The position numbers were made by a program, and so were the translations under genes. Shown piece after piece: positions 18,110 through 27,744 of a DNA stretch of 52,861 nucleotides (the first letter of the stretch is position 1; each line of letters begins with the position of its first letter). The notes under the pieces are model-generated. The model saw nothing but the letters and a program-made list of their open reading frames with translations. It made no database searches and was not told where the DNA came from. Source of the DNA: Altererythrobacter sp. (GTDB lineage: Bacteria > Pseudomonadota > Alphaproteobacteria > Sphingomonadales > Sphingomonadaceae); NCBI GenBank assembly GCA_029265155.1, contig JAJUJV010000001.1, positions 1-52,861 on the forward strand, read 5' to 3'.

Positions 18110-19285
18110 TCAGCCGGCGAGCGGAATTCGCACCGTCACCGCGGTTCCTTCTCCTCTGCGGCTCTTGATGTCGAGCCGGCCACGGTGGCGCTCGACGATG
18201 TGCTTCACGATCGCCAAGCCCAGCCCGGTCCCGCCGGCAGCGCGGCTGCGGCCGGGATCGACGCGATAGAACCTCCGCGTGAGGTGGGGGATGTGCTCGG
18301 CACCGATACCCTCACCGTGATCTCTGACGACGAGTTCCGCGCGCCCCGCCGGATCGCGCGACAGCGAGATGTCGACGCTCGTCTCCGGCTGACCATACTT
18401 GAGTGCGTTGTCGACGAGATTACGCACCAGCTGCTCCAGCTGGGCGCGATCGCCGCGGATCATCAGCTTTTCGGCCGTTTCAGGGAGCACTAGCCGCCCT
18501 TGCCGCGCCGAACCGGCGACATCGCGGGCAGATTGCTTGGTCAAGGACACGAGGTCGATCAGCTCGGTCGGCTGCTGGTGCTTCTCTGCTTCGATCTGCG
18601 ACAGCGACATCAGGTCCGTGACGAGATCCTGCAGTCGCTTGGCTTCGCGCAGCACCGTGTTATGGAAGCGGCTTGCTTGCTTTGGTTCGATGTTCTCCCC
18701 CTGCTCGACGAGGGTTTCGGCGTAGCCGATGATCGAGGCGAGCGGCGTACGCAGCTCATGGCTGGCGTTTGCGACGAAGTCGGTATGGGCACGGCTGATA
18801 TCGAGCTCAGCGGTCCGGTTGATCAGCTCGACCAGCGAATAGCGCTCGTCGAAAGGCTGGCGGGTCAGCTGCCAACTGCTGCGCGGGCCGGTCAGGCCTT
18901 GCACCCAGGCGCTGCCACTACCTGGCCGCGAGAGCAGCTCGACAGCCTCCGGATGACGAAACGCAACCCGCGCGTCCTGGCCAACGACATGCGCGCCAAG
19001 CGTTTCGCGTGCGGCGGCATTGGCGACCAAAATACGTTCACCATCAAGCACCAGCATCGGCAATCCGCTGTGCTCGATCAGCTCGCCCATACCGTCAGGC
19101 GTGAGCTCGACCCCCTCCCGCGCCGGCCGCATCGTTCCGGGAGGAGGCGGCGCCGAGAGCCATAAAGAAGCTATCCAGACCAGCGTTGCGGCGAGCACGA
19201 GCAGCAGGTTCGCCCCGGCCACGGCAACGACGACGCCGGTCAACAGCGCCAGTGCAATGCCGACGGCAGGAAGAGGGCGACCCAT
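18110..19285 (-). CDS. phoR: Phosphate regulon sensor kinase PhoR
   Basis: DFVANASHELRTPL H-box, NLVDNALKY, RFYRVDPGRSR, GTGLGLAIVKH; ATG 19285. Confidence 0.92.
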   Translation of the reverse strand: MGRPLPAVGIALALLTGVVVAVAGANLLLVLAATLVWIASLWLSAPPPPGTMRPAREGVELTPDGMGELIEHSGLPMLVLDGERILVANAAARETLGAHVVGQDARVAFRHPEAVELLSRPGSGSAWVQGLTGPRSSWQLTRQPFDERYSLVELINRTAELDISRAHTDFVANASHELRTPLASIIGYAETLVEQGENIEPKQASRFHNTVLREAKRLQDLVTDLMSLSQIEAEKHQQPTELIDLVSLTKQSARDVAGSARQGRLVLPETAEKLMIRGDRAQLEQLVRNLVDNALKYGQPETSVDISLSRDPAGRAELVVRDHGEGIGAEHIPHLTRRFYRVDPGRSRAAGGTGLGLAIVKHIVERHRGRLDIKSRRGEGTAVTVRIPLAG

Positions 19286-19355
19286 GTCCACGGCGAGCCC
19301 CCTTATCCGCGGCTCCGGTCCGGAGCCAGCACGAATGATCATACCCAACTGAAGA

Positions 19356-19445
19356 TGGCGGACAGGGTGGGATTCGAACCCACGGTGGATTTGCACCCAC
19401 GACGGTTTTCAAGACCGCTGCCTTAAACCACTCGGCCACCTGTCC
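19356..19445 (-). tRNA. tRNA-Ser (anticodon TGA)
   Basis: GGACAGG acceptor stem, anticodon loop CTTGAAA, long variable arm, GGTTCGAATCC T-arm, encoded CCA; 90 nt. Confidence 0.96.
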
Positions 19446-19571
19446 GGTCAGCGCCGGCTAGCGGCGAATCGCGCGGCTGTCACCCCGTGACACTGCTTCG
19501 GCGTTACGATACGTTTCGCTTCAATCGCCGGGGCGCAACCCAACCGGCGGATGGAGAGGGAGTTCGATCAC

Positions 19572-20492
19572 ATGAAGCGTTTCGTCTACGGCGCGTTAGG
19601 CGCGGTTGCCGCTGCCGCGGTCGCCACCCCGGCCTTCGCGCAGGCGGGTTGTACGCGCGAGCGCCTGCAGGAAATTGCAGATCAGTATCGCGCCGCTCAG
19701 GCGGACGGCCGCGCCATCATGCACATGAAGCCGATGGGCGAGTGGGTGAACTACAACGAGAACTTCGAGCTGTCGTCGATGACCTATGGCGGAGTCATCG
19801 CCACGCCGCAGAAGGTCGACTGGGACCGCTCGTTCTACGACACCGTGGCTTGCACCGTTTACATCGAGAGCATCATCACCAATCCTGAGCAGCCCTACGT
19901 CCTGGCGACGATGATCCGAGCGAGCGGCGGCCCAGGGTCGGGCGCCGGCACGATCAGCGGCTTCGACGTGATCGTCACTGACGAGGACGACTGGCTCTTC
20001 AACGCGGAAAAGACGCTCTACTATGCCCAGCGAGAAGACTGGAGCGAGATCCCCGAAGCGCGCCGCAACACCCGCGAGGAGTTGCGGGCGGCGGCCGACG
20101 CCTACCTCGACTTATTCAAGGACAAGAGTGTCTCGGTCCCCTGGGGCATCCCCTGCGCCCGCCTTGAAGGCAGCGTCTACACCGGCAAGGGACAGCCTGA
20201 TGATGACTGCAACGTGGGTGTGCCGGACAACGTCGACATGGTCGACCGCCGCTACGTGATCGATCCGGTGGTTGGTTCGGTCGCGGTGTTCTTGCGCATG
20301 GGCCAGAACCGGCGGCCCGATGCCCACGTGTTCCGCATCGAAGACGGAAAGCTCCGCTTCATCCACACCATCACGAACTGCGGCGAACAGGAGAACTGCG
20401 GCTTCGGCCCGTTTAAGGAGATGGTTGAGCGCAACCCCGGCGTGTGGCCGAACCTCGATCACGTCGCGGTGGTGACGCGGCCGCAACGATAA
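19572..20492 (+). CDS. Secreted cysteine-containing hypothetical protein (DUF8021-like, probably two NTF2/SnoaL-like domains)
   Basis: GGGAG RBS, signal peptide ending AFA; CTRERL, CARLEG, RRYVID, PDAHVFRIEDGKLRFIHT; strong codon bias; family from recall. Confidence 0.75.
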   Translation: MKRFVYGALGAVAAAAVATPAFAQAGCTRERLQEIADQYRAAQADGRAIMHMKPMGEWVNYNENFELSSMTYGGVIATPQKVDWDRSFYDTVACTVYIESIITNPEQPYVLATMIRASGGPGSGAGTISGFDVIVTDEDDWLFNAEKTLYYAQREDWSEIPEARRNTREELRAAADAYLDLFKDKSVSVPWGIPCARLEGSVYTGKGQPDDDCNVGVPDNVDMVDRRYVIDPVVGSVAVFLRMGQNRRPDAHVFRIEDGKLRFIHTITNCGEQENCGFGPFKEMVERNPGVWPNLDHVAVVTRPQR

Positions 20493-20526
20493 GACGACGC
20501 GAAGCAGCATCGGTTCATCGTAACAC

Positions 20527-20555
20527 GGGCGGCGGGGGATTCCCTCGCCGTCTTT
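20527..20555 (+). terminator. Intrinsic terminator-like hairpin
   Basis: GGCGGCGGGG-GATT-CCCTCGCCGTC followed by TTT, about 35 bp after the stop codon. Confidence 0.5.
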
Positions 20556-20575
20556 CCCGTGGCAGAGGTGGGTGC

Positions 20576-21598
20576 ATGCGCATTCGCCGTTTGCTGTCTA
20601 GCCTCTCCGCCATTCTTGCGCTTTCACTCGTCGCGCCGGCCTGCGCGCAGGACGTCTCTTTTGAAGATTACCTGCAGCAAGTCGCCGGCAAAGCGCGCGC
20701 CGAGGGCGTAAGCGAGCGGACGATTAGCGAAGTCCTTTTTTCACTCACGCCCAATCAGAGGGTGATCGACCTGGATCGGGACAACGTGTCGTCGGGCGGC
20801 AGTTCGAGCGGCTTTCCTCCGCTGGCGCCCTATTTGCGGAACCATAACACGCAGGCGCGCATCAACGGCGGGCGGCGGGTCTATGCGCAGCTTCAGCCAC
20901 TCGCCGCCCAGGTAGAGGCTCGCTATGGCGTCCCGGCCAACATCCTGATTGCCATCTGGGGTCATGAGACCAGCTATGGCGCGGTGCGCGGCAACTTCGA
21001 TCTGCCGCGCTCCCTGGCCACCCTGGCGTGGGAAGGCCGCCGCCGTGATCTGTTCGAGCGCGAATTGATCGACGTGCTCAAGATCGCCGATTCGGGCGTG
21101 CCGCGGTCGAGCCTCGTCGGCAGCTGGGCCGGCGCTTTCGGCAACCCGCAGTTCCTGCCCAGCGTTTACCTGCGCCTGGCGGTCGACGGCGACGGTGACG
21201 GCCGCCGCGACATTTGGACCAACGAGGTCGACACGCTCCACTCGATCGCCAACTATTTCCGCGATGCAGGATGGCGAACGGGTCAGCCTTGGGGCGTGCG
21301 CGTTTATACGCCGAACAGCGTCGATCGCACAGCGATCGAGACTCCGATGGTCTCTCCGGTATGTCCCCGCGTCCACGTTCGCCACAGCCGCTGGATGCCC
21401 GTGCGCGACTGGCGAGCGCTTGGGGTGATCCCGCAAGGCCCGATCGGTGACGACGTCATGGCGACGCTGTTCGAGCCCGACGGTCCCGCGGCTCCAAGTT
21501 ACCTCTTAACTCAGAATTATAGGGTCATCCTCGAATATAACTGCTCGAACTACTACGCGATGAGTGTGGGGTTGCTTGCAGATGAGATTACCCGCTGA
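20576..21598 (+). CDS. Lytic murein transglycosylase (MltB/SLT_2 family)
   Basis: AIWGHETSYG catalytic Glu, GSWAGAFGNPQFLPS, VDGDGDGRRD, YNCSNYYA. Confidence 0.92.
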   Translation: MRIRRLLSSLSAILALSLVAPACAQDVSFEDYLQQVAGKARAEGVSERTISEVLFSLTPNQRVIDLDRDNVSSGGSSSGFPPLAPYLRNHNTQARINGGRRVYAQLQPLAAQVEARYGVPANILIAIWGHETSYGAVRGNFDLPRSLATLAWEGRRRDLFERELIDVLKIADSGVPRSSLVGSWAGAFGNPQFLPSVYLRLAVDGDGDGRRDIWTNEVDTLHSIANYFRDAGWRTGQPWGVRVYTPNSVDRTAIETPMVSPVCPRVHVRHSRWMPVRDWRALGVIPQGPIGDDVMATLFEPDGPAAPSYLLTQNYRVILEYNCSNYYAMSVGLLADEITR

Positions 21599-22550
21599 CG
21601 GGCGTTCCCGCCGCGTGCTTCTATCCTTTGCTGCGTTAGGCGCTGCCTTGGCGCTCACCTCGTGCGTGGCATCGAGGGAGCAGGCGTACGTTGTACCGAA
21701 CCTGCACCCTGCTGGCGGCCCCGAGGCTGATTATCCGGTGCTGGTCGGCGAGCCGTATGCGATCGACGGGAAAACCTACACGCCCGAAGACGTACTCAAC
21801 TACGACGAAGTCGGGTTCGTCATGGCCGATGCCGATGGCGGCGAGGAGATTTCCGCGTCGCATCACACTCTACCGCTGCCGAGCTATGTCGAGGTCACCT
21901 CGCTCGATAGCGGGCGAACGATTCTCGTGCGGGTCGAAAGGCGCGGCCCGATGGACGGGCACGACTTGATCGGGTTGTCGCGCGGCGCCATAGCTCAACT
22001 CGCGGCGAGCAACGGAACGCCAGCGCGCGTCCGCCGGGTCAATCCTCCCGAGGATGAGCGCGCGCTGCTAAGAGCGGGCAGCCCTGCGCCTCTTCGAATG
22101 GACACGCCAATGCCGCTCGTCGAAGTGCTGAAACGCAAACTTCCTGACCGGCCCGTAACAACTCGCGTTCTGGCGGGTGCTTCCGCGCTGCAACCGGAAG
22201 CTCCGCCACTCGCCGGCGCTGAAGACGCCATGCCAGTGGAAGAGGCCCACTCGTCGGCCTCGCTTCCGGCGCCAGCATCAACGGCTTTGCCGCGGGCAGC
22301 CACTCCGGTGCCCGTGCTTCATGGGCAGACCGCGGCCAACAGCCGGGCCTACGTCGTTCAGGCCGCTGCGTTCTCAACGTCGGAACGCGCGCAGCGCGCC
22401 GCTCGCGCGCTCAACGGCGAAGTTGTTCAGGCGGGCCGTTATTTCCGCGTTCGGACTGGTCCTTTCGCGACCCGTGGAGAGGCCGAAGCCTCGCTCGCCA
22501 AGGTCCGGGACGCGGGTTATAGCGATGCACGAATCTTAACCAACGGCTAA
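21582..22550 (+). CDS. rlpA: RlpA-like lipoprotein (DPBB plus SPOR domain) with degenerate catalytic motifs
   Basis: Lipobox LTSC, HHTLPLPSYVEVT, C-terminal SPOR domain VQAAAFS...RVRTGPF; between mltB and dacA. Confidence 0.85.
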   Translation: MRLPADGRSRRVLLSFAALGAALALTSCVASREQAYVVPNLHPAGGPEADYPVLVGEPYAIDGKTYTPEDVLNYDEVGFVMADADGGEEISASHHTLPLPSYVEVTSLDSGRTILVRVERRGPMDGHDLIGLSRGAIAQLAASNGTPARVRRVNPPEDERALLRAGSPAPLRMDTPMPLVEVLKRKLPDRPVTTRVLAGASALQPEAPPLAGAEDAMPVEEAHSSASLPAPASTALPRAATPVPVLHGQTAANSRAYVVQAAAFSTSERAQRAARALNGEVVQAGRYFRVRTGPFATRGEAEASLAKVRDAGYSDARILTNG

Positions 22551-22573
22551 GCGTCGGCGCCGCTCCGCCGGCG

Positions 22574-23773
22574 ATGGGAGCGCGCTTGAAGACGATTTCA
22601 ACTGCTCTGGCAGGGCTGGGGGCGCTGGTCTTGCTGGCGACCCCTGCCAACCCACTCGACGCCCAGAACGTAGCGACCGTTCTGCCTTCGGAGCTACCTG
22701 CGCCGGTTCCGCCGGAAATTCCTGTCGCTCTTCTGGTCGATCTTTCGAGTGGCCAGACATTGTTCTCACGCGAACCAGACCGCCGTTTCGTCCCCGCTTC
22801 GGTCACCAAAGTCATGACGGCTTATACTGCCTTCAAGCTGATCGAAGCAGGCGAGCTGTCGCTCGAAACGCCGGTGACGGTGAGCAAGGAGGTGGCGGAG
22901 CTCTGGTCGGGTGAAGGTTCGTCGATGTTCCTCAAGGCAGGCGACCGCGTAACCGTCGGGGAACTGCTGCTCGGCGTCACCACGGTTTCAGCGAACGATG
23001 CCTCGGTGGTTATCGCTCTGACCGCAGCCGGCACTCAAGCTAAGTGGCTGGATCTTATGAACCAAAACGCCGCTGAGCTGGGGATGCGGGACACGCATTT
23101 CGGCACGCCCAACGGCTGGCCGGACGAGGGTCGGACCTACACGAGCGCGCGCGATCTTGTGGTCCTGGCCGAGGCGATGACCACGCGCTTCCCCGAACTC
23201 TACCGGCGCTTCATCGGCCATCGCGGTATGACCTACGGCAACATCACACAGTCCAATCACGATCCGATCACGGGCGTCGTCGATGGGGCCGACGGTATGA
23301 AGACCGGCTACACGCGAGAAGCAGGGTACAACTTTCTGGGATCTGCGGAGCGCGGCGGGCGCCGGCTCGTCATGGTCCTGGCCGGCGCGCCGAGCGCGTC
23401 CATCCGGAACAATGCGGCGCGGGCCTTCATGCGGTGGGGATTCGACGCGTTCGAAAGCCGCAAGATACTGCCGGCCGCGGCGACCGTGGGTACAGCCAGG
23501 GTCCAGAACGGCGCGCAGGCAGTCGTGTCGCTGCTGACCGATGACGAGGTTCTGGCGAGCGTGCCTCCCGGCAGTCCAAGCGCCGTGACACTGTCTGTCC
23601 GATACCGCGGGCCGATCGAAGCACCGATTAGCAAAGGACAACGTATCGCATCGCTGCGGGTCGCGATCGACGGACAAACCCCGCACGACGTTCCGCTTAT
23701 TGCGGCAGAGGCGGTCGAAGAAGCCAACGCCTTTCAGCGCCTGCTCAATGGCCTGCGCGGGCTCGTTACGTGA
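22574..23773 (+). CDS. dacA: D-alanyl-D-alanine carboxypeptidase (start could instead be TTG 22586)
   Basis: SVTK, SAN and KTG motifs; PBP5-like C-terminal domain. Confidence 0.92.
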   Translation: MGARLKTISTALAGLGALVLLATPANPLDAQNVATVLPSELPAPVPPEIPVALLVDLSSGQTLFSREPDRRFVPASVTKVMTAYTAFKLIEAGELSLETPVTVSKEVAELWSGEGSSMFLKAGDRVTVGELLLGVTTVSANDASVVIALTAAGTQAKWLDLMNQNAAELGMRDTHFGTPNGWPDEGRTYTSARDLVVLAEAMTTRFPELYRRFIGHRGMTYGNITQSNHDPITGVVDGADGMKTGYTREAGYNFLGSAERGGRRLVMVLAGAPSASIRNNAARAFMRWGFDAFESRKILPAAATVGTARVQNGAQAVVSLLTDDEVLASVPPGSPSAVTLSVRYRGPIEAPISKGQRIASLRVAIDGQTPHDVPLIAAEAVEEANAFQRLLNGLRGLVT

Positions 23774-24405
23774 GCGGACGGTTCATCGTCTTCGAAGGCG
23801 GTGAGGGCGCCGGCAAGTCCACTCAGGCCCGCCTGCTCGTTGATGCGTTGCAGGCGCGTGGGCGCGAAGCGATCCTTACTCGCGAGCCGGGCGGCACCCC
23901 AGGGGCCGAAGCGATACGCAAGCTCCTGCTCGACCCGCCGGGGGAGGGGTGGAGCTGCCGCAGCGAGGCGCTGCTTTTCGCCGCGGCGAGGGCGGATCAC
24001 GTCGAGCGACTCATTCGTCCGGCTCTTGCACGCGGCGCCTGGGTGGTGAGCGACCGCTTTGTCGATTCAACGCGGGCTTACCAAGGCGGAGGGGGCGGTG
24101 TGGCCGACGCCGATCTGATGATGCTGCACCGGATCGGCGCAGGTGGCCTGTTGCCTGACGTGACCTTCCTGATCGAGGTGGAGGAGGAAGCAGCCGCCGC
24201 ACGAGTAGCCAAGCGCGACGGTGAGAAGAGCGATGCGATCGGTGGACGGGACGTCGGATATCATCGTCAAGTGACCGCCGCCTTCACGCGCCTGGCCGAA
24301 GCCGAGCCGCAGCGGTTTGTCCGCCTTGATGGCTCAGGGGCGGCCGAGGAAACGCACGCGGCGGTCCTCCAGGTCTTGCAGCAACTGTTCGGTTCCCTGT
24401 CGTGA
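23770..24405 (+). CDS. tmk: Thymidylate kinase
   Basis: FEGGEGAGKST, TREPGGT, DRFVDSTRAYQG. Confidence 0.95.
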   Translation: MSGRFIVFEGGEGAGKSTQARLLVDALQARGREAILTREPGGTPGAEAIRKLLLDPPGEGWSCRSEALLFAAARADHVERLIRPALARGAWVVSDRFVDSTRAYQGGGGGVADADLMMLHRIGAGGLLPDVTFLIEVEEEAAAARVAKRDGEKSDAIGGRDVGYHRQVTAAFTRLAEAEPQRFVRLDGSGAAEETHAAVLQVLQQLFGSLS

Positions 24406-25364
24406 GCTTCACCGGTCACGATGAACCTTGGCGTGAATGGCGAGCCGCTCTGGCAAGCCCGCGCCTGCACCATGGCTGGATTCTTTCGGGCCGACGCGGC
24501 GTAGGAAAAGCGAGCTTTGCTCTCCAGGCCGCGCGCGAACTCGTGGCAGAATCAGGCATTCCGCAGCCTGCGGGTGATCACCCGGACATCATCGTTCTCG
24601 CGCCCCTACCGGCAACGGCCGAGGACGAGAAGAAGCGCAATGAGGGCAAGCCGTACCAACTCAAGCGCAACATCAGCGTCGACCAGGTCCGTTCGATGCA
24701 GCAGTGCCTGACGACCAGGGCAACCTTGGGTAGCCGCCGCGCCATCATCATCGATCCGGCCGACGACCTCGAAAAGGGCGCGGCGAATGCCTTGTTGAAA
24801 AGCCTTGAGGAACCTCCCGCCGGAACGTTCTTCTTTCTCGTCACCCACCGCATCGGCCGCCTTCTTCCGACGATCCGCTCACGCTGTCGTTTGCTGCAGT
24901 TTCCGCAACTCGACGCTGCCGAGATCGACTCAATCCTGCAACGCGAGGCTCCTCAGGCCGATTCCGGCATGCGCGGAGCCGCAATAGCGGCGTCAGGAGG
25001 CTCCCCAGGGATCGCCCTCGAGTTCGTGGAAGCCGACCTTGGCACCATTCACCGTCTGATGGGAGAAATTGCCCTATCGGGCGATCCCGACTTCCAGCGA
25101 CGGGGGAAGCTCGCCGAAGCTATCGGCGCGCGGCCGGACCGCAAGCGTCAGCTTGCCGCGATCGAGCTGGCCCGTGCGGTGACGACAGCGAAGATGAGAA
25201 CTGTCGAACGGAGGGCCATTCCGGCGCTGAGTGCGGCCCACACCGAACTGGTCCGTCTCGCCGCGGAAGCGCCAACCTACAACTACGATCCCGGGCTCCT
25301 GGTCATGGAGATCGGCACCGTGCTCGCCTCACTGGCCGGCCCAGAGAAGGCTCAGGCGCGCTGA
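24402..25364 (+). CDS. holB: DNA polymerase III delta' subunit
   Basis: GRRGVGKA, HPD, AANALLKSLEEPP, LLPTIRSRC; between tmk and metG. Confidence 0.92.
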   Translation: MSFTGHDEPWREWRAALASPRLHHGWILSGRRGVGKASFALQAARELVAESGIPQPAGDHPDIIVLAPLPATAEDEKKRNEGKPYQLKRNISVDQVRSMQQCLTTRATLGSRRAIIIDPADDLEKGAANALLKSLEEPPAGTFFFLVTHRIGRLLPTIRSRCRLLQFPQLDAAEIDSILQREAPQADSGMRGAAIAASGGSPGIALEFVEADLGTIHRLMGEIALSGDPDFQRRGKLAEAIGARPDRKRQLAAIELARAVTTAKMRTVERRAIPALSAAHTELVRLAAEAPTYNYDPGLLVMEIGTVLASLAGPEKAQAR

Positions 25365-25417
25365 CGCAGCATGGAGCGGTTGCCACTGCGCAGGCTGCGC
25401 CTTAGGGGAACCGGCGC

Positions 25418-26968
25418 ATGGCAGAGCCTTATTATCTCACGACCGCGATCCACTATCCCAACGGGCGGCCTCACATTGGCCATGCCTATGAGACGATCGC
25501 CGCGGACGTACTGGCCCGCTTTCAGCGGCTCCGCGGCCGCGAAGTGCGCTTCCAGACCGGAACTGACGAACACGGGCTGAAGATGGCGCAAAAGGCCCGT
25601 GAGCTGGGGCGAACTCCACGCGACTTGGCAGATGAAATGTCCGGATATTTCCGTGAGTTGTTCGACAAGCTCAACATATCGTATGATCGTTTCATCCGTA
25701 CTACCGAGCAGGATCACCATCGCGCCAGCCAGGCGATATGGCGGGCGATGGAAGCGAACGGCGACCTCTACCTTGACCGCTATGAAGGATGGTATTCCGT
25801 CCGCGACGAGGCCTACTACGACGAAAGCGAACTCATTGAGGGCGAGGGGGGCGAGAAGCTCTCACCGCAAGGAACCCCGGTTGAATGGACTGTCGAGGAA
25901 AGCTGGTTCTTCCGGCTGTCGAAGTATCAGGAGCCGCTGCTCGAGCTTTATCACGACAATCCCGAGTTCATCCGCCCCGAGACCCGACGCAACGAGGTGC
26001 TCCGTTTCGTCGAAGGCGGCCTGCGGGACCTGTCGGTCAGCCGAACGAGCTTCGATTGGGGCGTAAAAGTGCCCGGCGCGGAAGACCACGTGATGTACGT
26101 CTGGGTGGACGCGCTGACCAACTACCTCACCGGCGTCGGGTATCCTGACGACGGCGATCCGCTCCGCAAGTTTTGGCCCGCAGACCTGCACCTGATCGGC
26201 AAGGACATCGTCCGGTTCCACACCGTCTACTGGCCGGCGTTCCTGATGAGCGCCGGCATGCCGGTGCCGAAGGCCGTGTTTGCCCACGGCTTCCTGCTTA
26301 ATCGGGGGCAGAAGGAATCGAAGTCGCTCGGTAACACCACTGATCCGGGCGAGCTGGCGGACCGGTTCGGAGTCGATCCGCTCCGTTATTTCCTGCTGCG
26401 CGAGTTCAGCTTTGGCCAGGATGGAAGCTGGTCGCCGGAAGCTATCGTCAGCCGCAACAACGCCGAACTGGCCAACAGCTTCGGCAACCTGGCACAGCGG
26501 GTCCTGAGCTTCATTGCCAAGAATTGCGGCGGCACCTTCACCGCAACCGCGCCCGTACTCGATGTGGATAGCGCGTTGCAGGCCAAGGTCCGCCAAGCTT
26601 GCGCCGACGAGCTGCCGGTAGCCTTTGAGAAGCTGGCTTTCGCAGCCGGTCTGGAAGCGTGGATGCAGGCTGTCTTTGCTTGCAACGCCTATATCGATGA
26701 ACAGGCCCCCTGGGCTCTGCGCAAGACGGATCGGGCCCGCATGGAACGCGTGCTTGCCACCTTGTGCGAGTGCATTCGCAACCTGGCCGTTGCCGTTTCG
26801 CCGGTAACGCCTCGCGCGTCCGAACGCATCCTCGACGCGCTGTGCGTTCCGGCCGACCGGCGCGACTTTGCAGCCCTGCAAGGCAACGAACGAGCAGACA
26901 CCGTCAGAGTGGACAGTCCAGCGCCGGTCTTCCCCCGGCTGGAACTCCCCGCCGAAGCGAGTACGTGA
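25418..26968 (+). CDS. metG: Methionine--tRNA ligase
   Basis: HIGH, GTDEHG, YVWVDAL, GKDIVRFH, KESKSLGN. Confidence 0.97.
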   Translation: MAEPYYLTTAIHYPNGRPHIGHAYETIAADVLARFQRLRGREVRFQTGTDEHGLKMAQKARELGRTPRDLADEMSGYFRELFDKLNISYDRFIRTTEQDHHRASQAIWRAMEANGDLYLDRYEGWYSVRDEAYYDESELIEGEGGEKLSPQGTPVEWTVEESWFFRLSKYQEPLLELYHDNPEFIRPETRRNEVLRFVEGGLRDLSVSRTSFDWGVKVPGAEDHVMYVWVDALTNYLTGVGYPDDGDPLRKFWPADLHLIGKDIVRFHTVYWPAFLMSAGMPVPKAVFAHGFLLNRGQKESKSLGNTTDPGELADRFGVDPLRYFLLREFSFGQDGSWSPEAIVSRNNAELANSFGNLAQRVLSFIAKNCGGTFTATAPVLDVDSALQAKVRQACADELPVAFEKLAFAAGLEAWMQAVFACNAYIDEQAPWALRKTDRARMERVLATLCECIRNLAVAVSPVTPRASERILDALCVPADRRDFAALQGNERADTVRVDSPAPVFPRLELPAEAST

Positions 26969-27744
26969 TGCTAATCGATAGCCATTGCCACCTCAACTAC
27001 GAAGGCTTGGTCGAGAACCAAGCCGCCGTGCTGGGCCGTGCACGAGATGCGGGAGTGAAGGCATTCCTGAACATCTCCACTCGGCAAAGCGAATGGGCTG
27101 ATGTAGTGGCCACAGCCGAGCGCGAGCCCGACGTGTGGGCGAGCATCGGCATCCATCCGCACGAGGCGGAGCAACACGCGGATTTCGGAGAAGCGGCTCT
27201 CCTCACATCGGCTGAGCACCCGCGGGTCATCGGAATCGGTGAGACGGGGCTCGACTACTATTACGACCGCTCCGATCGCAGCCTGCAGCGGGCCCTGTTC
27301 CGCACGCATATCGCGGTTGCCCGGCGTACCGGGCTGCCGCTTATCGTGCACACCCGGGATGCCGAGGAGGATACCCTAGCGATCTTGCGCGAGGAGATGG
27401 AGAAGGGGCCGTACCCGGCCTTAATCCACTGCTTCACGGCATCCGCGGATTTTGGTCGTGCCGTCTTGGAACTCGGCCTGACGATATCGCTTTCGGGCAT
27501 CGTGACCTTCAAGAACGCCAAGGACCTGCAGAAATTCGCAGCGGAGATTCCGCAGGAACGCTTGCTCGTCGAAACCGATAGCCCGTTCCTCGCCCCGGTC
27601 CCCTACCGCGGCAAGACCTGCGAGCCCGCTTTCGTTGCCGAGACTGCTAAGTTCGTCGCCAGCTTGCGCGGTCAAGCATTTGAAGAACTGGCAGAAAACA
27701 CGACTAGCAACTTCTACTCGCTGTTTACCAAGGCGACGCCATGA
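26968..27744 (+). CDS. tatD: TatD family hydrolase/DNase
   Basis: IDSHCHL, GIHPH, IGETGLDY, VHTRDA, ETDSPFLAP; ATG overlaps the metG stop. Confidence 0.93.
   Translation: MLIDSHCHLNYEGLVENQAAVLGRARDAGVKAFLNISTRQSEWADVVATAEREPDVWASIGIHPHEAEQHADFGEAALLTSAEHPRVIGIGETGLDYYYDRSDRSLQRALFRTHIAVARRTGLPLIVHTRDAEEDTLAILREEMEKGPYPALIHCFTASADFGRAVLELGLTISLSGIVTFKNAKDLQKFAAEIPQERLLVETDSPFLAPVPYRGKTCEPAFVAETAKFVASLRGQAFEELAENTTSNFYSLFTKATP

Noticed and set aside
19095-19439. ORF starting MAEWFKAAVLK and the 19396 extension of phoR
   Set aside because: These are translations of the tRNA-Ser gene
10692-19445. Pho cluster as an island integrated at tRNA-Ser
   Set aside because: No integrase and no repeat of the tRNA 3' end near 10.5-10.7 kb; the gene set is core
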